NCBI GenBank assembly: GCA_019058245.1
Contig: JAHPZJ010000015.1
Location: 62,581-126,580, forward strand
DNA: 64,000 nt
Reading direction: 5' to 3'
DNA from: Promethearchaeota archaeon
GTDB lineage: Archaea > Asgardarchaeota > Lokiarchaeia > Sigyniarchaeales > SOKP01
Under the pieces are notes generated by a model. It searched no databases. It was not told where the DNA came from and saw nothing but the letters and a program-made list of their open reading frames with translations. How positions within the stretch are numbered: position 1 is the stretch's first letter; every line of letters starts with the position of its first letter. This document shows, piece after piece, positions 9,599 to 18,122 of the stretch. The position numbers and the translations under genes were made by a program.

Positions 9599-10177
9599 TT
9601 AGGGTGTGAAACTCTGAACAAATAAAGTCATATCTGATACTGTATTTAATGCATTTGTTGACGATACACTTAGGGTTACATTGTGGCTTCCTGCCACCAT
9701 ATTATTTATAAAATGCTGTAGATTTACTGAAAAATAATCTCTTTGTGAGCCACCATTTAAACTGCCAACAACACTTTTAGGATTTAGAATATTTTCTCCA
9801 TCTACCTTAAAAAAGAAAAATGACCGAGAATACCCCGAAATAGGATAGACTTCTGCAACACCTGTAAAAGAAAGATAAATTGAGGAGGATGAGTTTAACT
9901 CGAAGGTTACATTTAAAACTGATAATTCCAGCACTGTTGTAGCAGGAGAAATTGTGAATACATCTTCATACTCACTATACCACGTTTTATTCGGGCTCGA
10001 ATAAGTCATATTTTCAAGATCTTCTAACTCATCTTGTAATAATGTAATTGTATCCTCAAAATTACCTATTGTTTTTTCCATTGTATTCATTGAGTTCCAA
10101 GCTATGAAACCAAAAATTAATCCTCCTGCACCAATTATTATTCCTATTAAAGCTAAAACAATTGCGCCTTTTCCCAT
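9599..10177 (-). CDS. Hypothetical membrane-anchored protein (TM, coiled coil, beta-rich domain)
   Basis: N-terminal hydrophobic helix, heptad segment, beta-strand-rich C-terminus. Confidence 0.7.
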   Translation of the reverse strand: MGKGAIVLALIGIIIGAGGLIFGFIAWNSMNTMEKTIGNFEDTITLLQDELEDLENMTYSSPNKTWYSEYEDVFTISPATTVLELSVLNVTFELNSSSSIYLSFTGVAEVYPISGYSRSFFFFKVDGENILNPKSVVGSLNGGSQRDYFSVNLQHFINNMVAGSHNVTLSVSSTNALNTVSDMTLFVQSFTP

Positions 10178-10375
10178 AGTTCAAAACCTTTTATTTTATA
10201 AATTTTCTCAATAACTTTTATTAAATTTATTTAAAATCTATGAAGACAATTTTATTTTAAACATTTATCTTAAATAATAAAATAAAAAAAGAAATTCCAA
10301 ATACACTAAAATATAAGATGATAAGTTCAAATTATTGTTAGGTTATATTTTAAATCTTTTTTATTTCCTACAATT

Positions 10376-11404
10376 TTAAGATTTATTTTCAGAAGCTTCT
10401 TTTTCTTTTAATTGTCTTTCTAATTCTTTTTTTTCTACTTCAAGTTTTTCGATCTTTCTATCCTTTAACTCGATCTTTAAGCCACTAATTGTAATTCCCT
10501 GTAAATTAAGTATCTTTTTAATAAATATAAATGTAGCAAAGCAAATTCCAATTAAATATAGAACGTCTACAGACCAAAAATACGGATCTATCGTAATCCA
10601 AATCTCTTTTACATAAGGAAAGCTTAAGAAAGGCAAAATTACAGCAATTAACCCAATCCATATCATTCCAATTAGTAGGAATGCTTTTTCCCATAATCTA
10701 ATTTGTAATCTATAAAAAATATATAAATGTAACCAATACAAGACACAAATAAATGTAATAGGTGTGAATAAAAATGATCCAATCGCTAAAACTAACAATA
10801 GATTAACAGCAAATTTATTACGCCATAAATCTAAAATATCTTTAATATCCATTTGATCTTGAACTTGTGCTTTTGCATATTCCTTTCTTAATGAAAAATA
10901 CTCCCTTTTTATTTTTCTAGCTATTTTTTTTGCACCTTTCTTCCAGAACGAAAACTTACTTATTTCCGCTGCTTTATGAAATTGTTCACTCGCTAGAGGA
11001 ATGATATAAAGATTCAGTAATAACGAAATTATTCCATAAATATATATTATATTATCAAACCATAACCATAAGCCCGTCTGAGTAACTGCTGCAGATTCTG
11101 TATAACTTGAAATAATTTTATAAATAGCGTAGGCGATTAAAAGCACTGGAATGATAATTTCCAGTACGATCAAAACAATAGTGCCTCTTTTTGCCAATTT
11201 ATTACTTAATTTATCCATAAGTAATAAGAAACCGTTTGAGATACTCAAGACCAAGCCAAAACCAGCTAAAAATTTCACAACCCAAAAAAAGATAAGAAAT
11301 GTGAAGTTTAAAGATACATCTCCAGTAAAAAGTAACAAAAACATCAGAGCTAAAGTGATGATAATTCCAATTAAGTAAATTATTTTATATGTTTTTTCCT
11401 CCAT
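10376..11404 (-). CDS. Hypothetical multi-pass membrane protein with C-terminal coiled coil
   Basis: About 7 hydrophobic segments; charged heptad tail. Confidence 0.75.
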   Translation of the reverse strand: MEEKTYKIIYLIGIIITLALMFLLLFTGDVSLNFTFLIFFWVVKFLAGFGLVLSISNGFLLLMDKLSNKLAKRGTIVLIVLEIIIPVLLIAYAIYKIISSYTESAAVTQTGLWLWFDNIIYIYGIISLLLNLYIIPLASEQFHKAAEISKFSFWKKGAKKIARKIKREYFSLRKEYAKAQVQDQMDIKDILDLWRNKFAVNLLLVLAIGSFLFTPITFICVLYWLHLYIFYRLQIRLWEKAFLLIGMIWIGLIAVILPFLSFPYVKEIWITIDPYFWSVDVLYLIGICFATFIFIKKILNLQGITISGLKIELKDRKIEKLEVEKKELERQLKEKEASENKS

Positions 11405-11553
11405 AAGCTATCATAAAGTTTAGAGTATATTTAATCTCTAGGCTAATTATTGATATATTAAATCCAGATTTTAAAAGTAAAATCCAAATTTTTTCTTTAT
11501 AGTTATTTAAATATAATCTAAAATTATTTTAGAAATAGTTAATTCTCATACAT

Positions 11554-12426
11554 ATGGTTGATATAACCACAGCAGTAAAAGATATACAAGATAAATATAA
11601 AGTAATTGGTAGGACTGAAGAATTAAAGCAAATTGTTTTAGCACATTCAGTAAATAAAAATATTTTAATAGAAGGAGAAGTGGGAGTCGGTAAAACTAGA
11701 TTAGCGAAAGCCATTGCAGAATATTATGACACTAATTTTTATCGAGTCGATTGTAGCGAAGAATTACTACCTCATAACCTTGTTGGATATTTTGAACCAC
11801 CATTAGTAATTGCAAAAGGATATATTGAAGATTCATACAAAAATGGACCATTAGCTTTAGCTATGATGAATGGGGGTTGCTTATTCATAAATGAAATAAA
11901 CCGGATGCCAGAAAGCACCCAAAATTCGTTATTAACATCATTAGACGAAGGAATACTTAAAATACCTAAATTAAAAACCATTATAGCTCATAAAGATTTC
12001 TTTGTTATCGCAACTCAAAATCCGTCTGCGCATGTTGGAGTCACGGTATTAGGCGAAGCCTTAAAAGATCGATTCATTTGGATAAATTTGGATTATCAAA
12101 GATCTGAAGAGGAAATACTAATTATCAAACAAGAGTCCAATTTGAACAGCGGTAATGCTGATAAAATTGCTGCACTTTCACAACAAGTCATCCAAATAAC
12201 AAGAGAAAATACTTCTATCCGGAGAGGGAGTTCAATAAGAGGAGCTATTGATTTAGCTACCTTAATTAATCAATATGGTAATAGTAATAGTACTAAAAAT
12301 TGGGTTGAAGCTGCTATAATGGCACTATATAATAAAATTGAACTTGAAGATGGACTAACTCAATCAAAAAAGGAGATAATTACTAATATTGTACTAGCTG
12401 TATTGAATAAATCGGATTTTCAATAA
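11554..12426 (+). CDS. MoxR-family AAA+ ATPase
   Basis: Walker A GEVGVGKT, Walker B variant FINEINR, ATQNP sensor I, ALKDRF arginine finger. Confidence 0.9.
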   Translation: MVDITTAVKDIQDKYKVIGRTEELKQIVLAHSVNKNILIEGEVGVGKTRLAKAIAEYYDTNFYRVDCSEELLPHNLVGYFEPPLVIAKGYIEDSYKNGPLALAMMNGGCLFINEINRMPESTQNSLLTSLDEGILKIPKLKTIIAHKDFFVIATQNPSAHVGVTVLGEALKDRFIWINLDYQRSEEEILIIKQESNLNSGNADKIAALSQQVIQITRENTSIRRGSSIRGAIDLATLINQYGNSNSTKNWVEAAIMALYNKIELEDGLTQSKKEIITNIVLAVLNKSDFQ

Positions 12427-13535
12427 TCGATGATTTCTCTGAGGAAGTATCTGAAGAGATTGAGAAAAGACTGCATGTTAGACTAACCGAAAGTAAACCA
12501 GATAAAGAAATTTTAGAGTATGAAATAATCCGTAAAAAAAGAAAAAAACCAGATTATTATAAACATCTTGCAAACACACTAGATTACAAACAAATCAAAG
12601 AATTAACATATCTTGCTATAAAACATAAAAATCTTGAAGCTCTTATGGGCTTATTAAAAGCGAACGTATATGCTTCAACAGATGCTTTAGACACTGAAGA
12701 AGGAGTACAATTTTTTTCAGAAAAAGCTGCTGAATCAGGTGATTTTATGCCAGAAGTCTATTTTTTTATTAGACGTCCGATATCAGAAAAATATAAATCA
12801 GTTTTTAGAAGATTAGCACGTCAAAGTATTTTAAAATTATCTTTAAAAATTACAAGCAGAGGAATAAGAGGTCAATTTAAAAAGACAGTTCCTTATTATC
12901 AAATGGGTATGCCTGAATTTAGCATGGATGAAACTATTCAACATAATCCGTTAAAAATTTATGAAAGAAATTTAAATTATCAAGATATATATGGAATTGA
13001 AAGAAAACGACAAAAAAGAAAAGTAGTATTGCTATTGGATACAAGTGGTAGTATGTATGGACGTTTGTTGCTTAATGCCGCACTTACAACATCAGTTTTA
13101 GCATATAACATGGAAAAAGAAGACTTTTCTATAGTTTTATTTAATTCAACTGCAATGGTCATGAAAAAAATCAATAAAAAAAGACCTATTATTTCAATAA
13201 TTGATGATATTTTAGATTCTGAAGCTGTTGGCTTTACAAATATCTATATAGGATTGGAAAAAGGTCTGAAAGAATTAAGAAAAATAAGAGAAAATAGAAA
13301 AAGTCGTTTTGGTATATTAATAACAGATGGTATTTACAATCGCGGTGAAGATCCCGTAATCCTAGCAAAAAAATATCCAAAATTACATGTTATAGGAATG
13401 CCTGCTGATAATGATGCGGATCAAGGTATTGAGAAATGTAAAGAAATCGCTAAGGCAGGTAGGGGTAAGTTTTATGCCGTAAATGATTATAAAGAAATCC
13501 CAAGAGCTCTGATAGAACTATTATCTCAAACTTAA
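12411..13535 (+). CDS. vWA-domain protein (CoxE/ChlD-like); frame open from 12411, first ATG only at 12645
   Basis: MIDAS LLDTSGSM, TNI..GL, LITDG; 78 stop-free codons upstream of the ATG, overlapping the end of the MoxR gene in the -1 frame. Confidence 0.85.
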   Translation: MGFSIIDDFSEEVSEEIEKRLHVRLTESKPDKEILEYEIIRKKRKKPDYYKHLANTLDYKQIKELTYLAIKHKNLEALMGLLKANVYASTDALDTEEGVQFFSEKAAESGDFMPEVYFFIRRPISEKYKSVFRRLARQSILKLSLKITSRGIRGQFKKTVPYYQMGMPEFSMDETIQHNPLKIYERNLNYQDIYGIERKRQKRKVVLLLDTSGSMYGRLLLNAALTTSVLAYNMEKEDFSIVLFNSTAMVMKKINKKRPIISIIDDILDSEAVGFTNIYIGLEKGLKELRKIRENRKSRFGILITDGIYNRGEDPVILAKKYPKLHVIGMPADNDADQGIEKCKEIAKAGRGKFYAVNDYKEIPRALIELLSQT

Positions 13536-13715
13536 GTTTGAATTTATAATCATATTTTCCATAAAGATATTCTTTTACACTTTTTAATAATGAAAAAGTC
13601 TTTAAAAGTAATAATTTATTAGATCTATAATTAAAATATATCTTAATTATTTAAGATTATATCACTTTTGAAAATACTCAGATAAATTATCAATATTTTT
13701 TATGGTGAACCTTTC

Positions 13716-14297
13716 ATATTTGAAGAAGATAATGGCTATAAATATATTTTTAAAGTAGTTTTAATCGGAGCAGGTGGAGTTGGAAAAACATGTATTGTTC
13801 GAAGATTATGTTATGATACGTTTACTCTGAATACTCAATTAACTGTTGGAATAGATTTTTATACATATAATTTACCGATAATAGTTGATGGTCAACAATC
13901 CAATGTAAGACTTTCAATATGGGATTTTGGGGGACAAGCTCACTTTAAGACTCTTTTTGACTATTATATTAAGGGAGCAAATGGAATATTTTTAGTCTTT
14001 GATTTATTAAAAATGCAAAGTCTTCTTGATTTAGACTGGTGGTATGATAAGTTAATAGAAAATGCTATGATCAATCAACCTAAAATTCTTATTGGAACTA
14101 AACTTGATCTGGTAAATCAAGTGGAGCCTGGATTTGTAATTGATGAGTTATTTATTAATGAATTCATTGAAAAACATAACGAGCATGAAATCATTAAAAC
14201 ATCATCTAAAGATAATGTTAACATTCGAAAAATTTTTAAAGAGATGGTTAAAAAACTATTAGATTTTCAAGAGTTTGACTATGAAAGATTACTTTAA
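13716..14297 (+). CDS. Rab-like small GTPase, tandem copy 1 (real gene is longer than the 14013 ORF; candidate ATA start)
   Basis: In frame upstream of 14013: YIFKVVLIGAGGVGKT..TVGIDF..WDFGGQ, then GTKLD and TSSK; frame open from 13686 with no ATG/GTG/TTG before the P-loop. Confidence 0.85.
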   Translation: MFEEDNGYKYIFKVVLIGAGGVGKTCIVRRLCYDTFTLNTQLTVGIDFYTYNLPIIVDGQQSNVRLSIWDFGGQAHFKTLFDYYIKGANGIFLVFDLLKMQSLLDLDWWYDKLIENAMINQPKILIGTKLDLVNQVEPGFVIDELFINEFIEKHNEHEIIKTSSKDNVNIRKIFKEMVKKLLDFQEFDYERLL

Positions 14298-14477
14298 TTA
14301 AATCTGTAGATCTTCAATTTGTATCAAATATCTTTATAAAATTAGATTATTATATTTTTTATAACACAATATTACTTATAGATAAAATTCTCAAAATATT
14401 AATAAATCAAATACTTTCGAGATTCATAATAAAAGTGAGGCATAATAAGTATATAAAGCTGAGAGATTGACCCAATC

Positions 14478-15062
14478 ATGATAACAAATAATAGGATAGA
14501 CGATGATCCACGCTATATTTTCAAGATTTGCCTCATCGGAGATGGGGGCGTCGGAAAAACTTGCATAGCAAGAAGATTATGTTTTAATACTTTTAGTGTA
14601 CATACCCAATTAACCGTAGGAATTGATTTTTATACTTATGATATCCCGATTTTCATTAGAGGAGAAGAAACTTTTTTAAGACTCTCGATATGGGATTTTG
14701 GAGGACAAGAACAATTCCGAACACTATTCAAATATTATATCAATGGAGCAAATGGGATTTTTTTAGTTTTTGATTTAGTGAGAATGGAATCACTTGTAAA
14801 ACTGGATTGGTGGTATGATAAGATAATCCAGCATGGTCTTCAATATAGTCCAAAGATTCTTGTTGGTACAAAACTCGACTTAGCTCAAGATGAAAAGCAA
14901 TATAAGGTAGATAGAATTATTGTTGAACAATTCCTTAAAAAACATGATGAAAGAGATTATGTAGAAACTTCCTCTAAAGATAACGTGAATATTCGAGATA
15001 GTTTTATAAAGATTGTTAAAATAATTCTAAATTCTCATAGTTTTGAATATGATGAATTATGA
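14478..15062 (+). CDS. Rab-like small GTPase, tandem copy 2
   Basis: GDGGVGKT, TVGIDF, WDFGGQ, GTKLD, ETSSK. Confidence 0.93.
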   Translation: MITNNRIDDDPRYIFKICLIGDGGVGKTCIARRLCFNTFSVHTQLTVGIDFYTYDIPIFIRGEETFLRLSIWDFGGQEQFRTLFKYYINGANGIFLVFDLVRMESLVKLDWWYDKIIQHGLQYSPKILVGTKLDLAQDEKQYKVDRIIVEQFLKKHDERDYVETSSKDNVNIRDSFIKIVKIILNSHSFEYDEL

Positions 15063-15102
15063 TTAGAATCATATTATAAAAATAGTTGATTCAATTATAT
15101 TA

Positions 15103-15645
15103 TTAAAATATTATGAACTCCTCAGGAATTTTTTGTCCATATCCCGCCTTTTTAAATTTTTGACCATTTTCAACATATAAATTCGCACCAACTTCATCTA
15201 ATTTTCTTTCAGGATATTGTTTTTTTTTAATTGCTGGTATGCCAGCATAAAGACAGAAATCTTCTGTTTCATCTTTTAAAACAGAACCAGCTGCTAAAAT
15301 ACTACCCTTTCCTAATTTTCCTCCCTGAATAACAGAAGCATTAATTCCGACTAAGGAATTATCTCCAATTGAACAGGGACCGTGACACATACATTTGTGC
15401 CCTAATGTAGCATTTCTCCCAATTCTACATACTCCATTTACAGTTGTATGTAATACCGCATTCTCTTGAATGCTTACATTTTTATTGATAATAATCTTTC
15501 CCCAATCCCCACGAATTTTAGCTCCAAACCATATATTTGAATAAGGGCCAATTTCTACATCACCAATTATTATAACACCAGAAGCAATAAAAGCAGTATG
15601 GTGAATCCTAGGAACTTTTCCATTGAACGGACTTTTAATTATCAT
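15103..15645 (-). CDS. Gamma carbonic anhydrase family protein
   Basis: Hexapeptide repeats, RGD, IQEN.VLH, GH...HG metal ligands. Confidence 0.9.
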   Translation of the reverse strand: MIIKSPFNGKVPRIHHTAFIASGVIIIGDVEIGPYSNIWFGAKIRGDWGKIIINKNVSIQENAVLHTTVNGVCRIGRNATLGHKCMCHGPCSIGDNSLVGINASVIQGGKLGKGSILAAGSVLKDETEDFCLYAGIPAIKKKQYPERKLDEVGANLYVENGQKFKKAGYGQKIPEEFIIF

Positions 15646-15991
15646 CGTTTATCCATTCTAAATTAGAATATCTAAAAGTTATTACGTATTGTAGATAAAC
15701 ATTATGATAAGTTGATTTTCTGAAAAATTTCCTTGAAGTTAATACTTAATATCTATTTTTATATACAAACCAATTAGAGTACTCAATTATATCGTTTCTA
15801 TAAATTTTATTTCCAGAATCGAAGATTTAGAGGAAAATTTATTTAGATCACATAGTCAAGCTCTTATTAAAACAAATAGATTAAGTAAATAATTTTTTTA
15901 AAAAGCATCAATATAGTATTAAATTTATAAGCTTGAATTATTATAATCACAAATTCCTCACTTTTATATTGTTATTAGATTTTGATATTTT

Positions 15992-17002
15992 ATGGTAGAT
16001 AAACAAAACCATTCACAAAATTTACATTCGATTAATAAAATAACTCAAAGATTTTATCCTAATAGGCGTATTGGGATTAAATTATCTTTTATATCATTAA
16101 TCCTACTCGGAATATTACCCATTATTTCAAATAGTCGCCCTTCAACATTGAATGCATTAAACTTTGCTTTTTATCTCTCTTTTTGGGAACTAATATGCTC
16201 TTTACCGTTATTCTTCTATGAATTGCCTCAATCTAGTGTTGGAATATTTCAAAAATCAATAGATTCAAAAATTCAAAATAAAACTCTCCTAATAATGGGA
16301 ATTACAGGTATAATTTTTTCTATAGCAACATTTTTTTATGTTCTTTCTTTTGAGAAAGCTGGTACCGTCAATGCTGCAATTGCAATTCAAACTTATCCCT
16401 TATTTTCAATTTTAATGGAATTTGTTTTATTTAAGAAAAAAAAAAGATTAAATGAGCTTATTTTCACATTAGTTTTGATGGTAGGTATTTATTATCTTGG
16501 CACAGAAGGTACTTGGTTAATTAGTGGTTTTTCTCCTTGGCTAGCATTAGCGTTGATTGTACCTATTCTATGGAGTATAGCACATGTAATTATTAAACAC
16601 ACTCTTGATACCTCTCCAATTACTCCAAATCAAGTTACTTTCATTCGGGTGCTTTTATCATCATTAATTCTTTTTGGAATATCCTCTCTTGTAAATGGTA
16701 TCAATGTTGTTTTTGATGGGTTAATAAATCTTGAATTTCAAATTTTTGGATTCCTTATGGGAATTGTATATTACTTAGAACTTGTTAATTGGTTTTATGC
16801 TGTGAAGCATGTAGATGTGTCTGTAGCAAGCAGTATTACAACACCTAATCCTGTTATTACTATGATATTTGCCTTATTTATTTTAAAAGAACCTATTGAG
16901 ATATATCAATTAGTTGCGATGATAATTATATTTACCAGTCTATATGGTTTACTTTGGTTAGGAAGAGTAAATAATCATAAAAATAATAATTATAAAATAT
17001 AA
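15992..17002 (+). CDS. DMT/EamA family transporter
   Basis: About 10 TM helices in two repeats; P..T..A..ILKE motif. Confidence 0.85.
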   Translation: MVDKQNHSQNLHSINKITQRFYPNRRIGIKLSFISLILLGILPIISNSRPSTLNALNFAFYLSFWELICSLPLFFYELPQSSVGIFQKSIDSKIQNKTLLIMGITGIIFSIATFFYVLSFEKAGTVNAAIAIQTYPLFSILMEFVLFKKKKRLNELIFTLVLMVGIYYLGTEGTWLISGFSPWLALALIVPILWSIAHVIIKHTLDTSPITPNQVTFIRVLLSSLILFGISSLVNGINVVFDGLINLEFQIFGFLMGIVYYLELVNWFYAVKHVDVSVASSITTPNPVITMIFALFILKEPIEIYQLVAMIIIFTSLYGLLWLGRVNNHKNNNYKI

Positions 17003-17164
17003 CAAACCATAAAAAAATCTAATTTCATTATCCGTTTTATAAATAAATTAGATTAATATTAAAATTCAGATAAATTGATTCAAAATAATTTATAATTATA
17101 GAAAATAAGAGATATCTTTTTTTAAAATTTTCAATTTATTAAATTATAGCAAGATACTGGTATT

Positions 17165-18109
17165 ATGGATATTTTCACTCATTCTGTTTTTGGAGCTCTA
17201 TTGTATATACTTTTTTTAAAGAAAGTAACCTTTGATTTTTTCCCTATAGCAATTTTATTTTCATTCTTACCTGATTTAGATATTTTTTTAGCACCATTGA
17301 AACGAATATTCAAATCAAATTATCTTGAACATCGTGGAGGATCTCATTCATATATAATAGGGATAATATTATCTGCTATTTTAAGCATTTTTTTCTCTGT
17401 TTTTGGAAATAAATCATTTCTTATATCTTGGTTAATAGGATCTACTTTTTATGGATTACACGTGTCAATGGATCTCCTTACTACTACAAAAATTCCATAC
17501 TTATATCCTCTTTCTAAAAAAGAATATAGCTTTTATGTCGAAAAAGCAGGAAGTTCATTTACTTTTATAAATTCATTGGTTTTTCTTGTAATACTTCTAG
17601 TAATGTATCATAGTTCAGTAGGATTATCCCTATTTATGAATGTTATTAACGTTTATACATATTTTTTTCTATTCTATTATTTATATAGAATTTCATCAAA
17701 AATTTGGATAAGTTTTCATCTTAAGGATCATCAAAAATACTTTCCGGGAGTTTTACCATTTTATTTCACTATTTTTGATAAGCAAATTACTGATGAGGGA
17801 TTATCATTATGTATTGAAAAAAAATCACACTTTTTATCATCCAAGGTAATATATAAAAATAAATCTGTTCTAGAATCAGAGGAAATGGAATTTTATAAAA
17901 AAGCAATTGAATTATGCAATAAACATTATTATTTTGCGAAATGGACAGTTTTACCAATATTCTTTAGGGAGAATGGCTTATTTTCTGTGAGATTTTTCTT
18001 TTTAGAGACGATGGTGCATGGGAGGACTCATTATATACAATATAATTTTGATACATTTACTCAGCAAATAGTTAATTATAAGCAGGGTTATGGACATATT
18101 CAAAATTAA
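17165..18109 (+). CDS. Membrane metal-dependent hydrolase (YdjM/DUF457-like)
   Basis: MD.FTH, LPDLD, HRG.SHS and H...D motifs. Confidence 0.85.
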   Translation: MDIFTHSVFGALLYILFLKKVTFDFFPIAILFSFLPDLDIFLAPLKRIFKSNYLEHRGGSHSYIIGIILSAILSIFFSVFGNKSFLISWLIGSTFYGLHVSMDLLTTTKIPYLYPLSKKEYSFYVEKAGSSFTFINSLVFLVILLVMYHSSVGLSLFMNVINVYTYFFLFYYLYRISSKIWISFHLKDHQKYFPGVLPFYFTIFDKQITDEGLSLCIEKKSHFLSSKVIYKNKSVLESEEMEFYKKAIELCNKHYYFAKWTVLPIFFRENGLFSVRFFFLETMVHGRTHYIQYNFDTFTQQIVNYKQGYGHIQN

Positions 18110-18122
18110 GATTTCATTAAAA

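Noticed and set aside
12366-12372. A_AAA_AAG slippery heptamer near the MoxR end
   Set aside because: The -1 frame hits TAA at 12384 and 12408, so it cannot produce the vWA fusion
15048-15062. C-terminal YDEL resembling a KDEL/HDEL retrieval signal
   Set aside because: Cytosolic GTPase with no signal peptide; the paralogue ends YERLL, so probably coincidence
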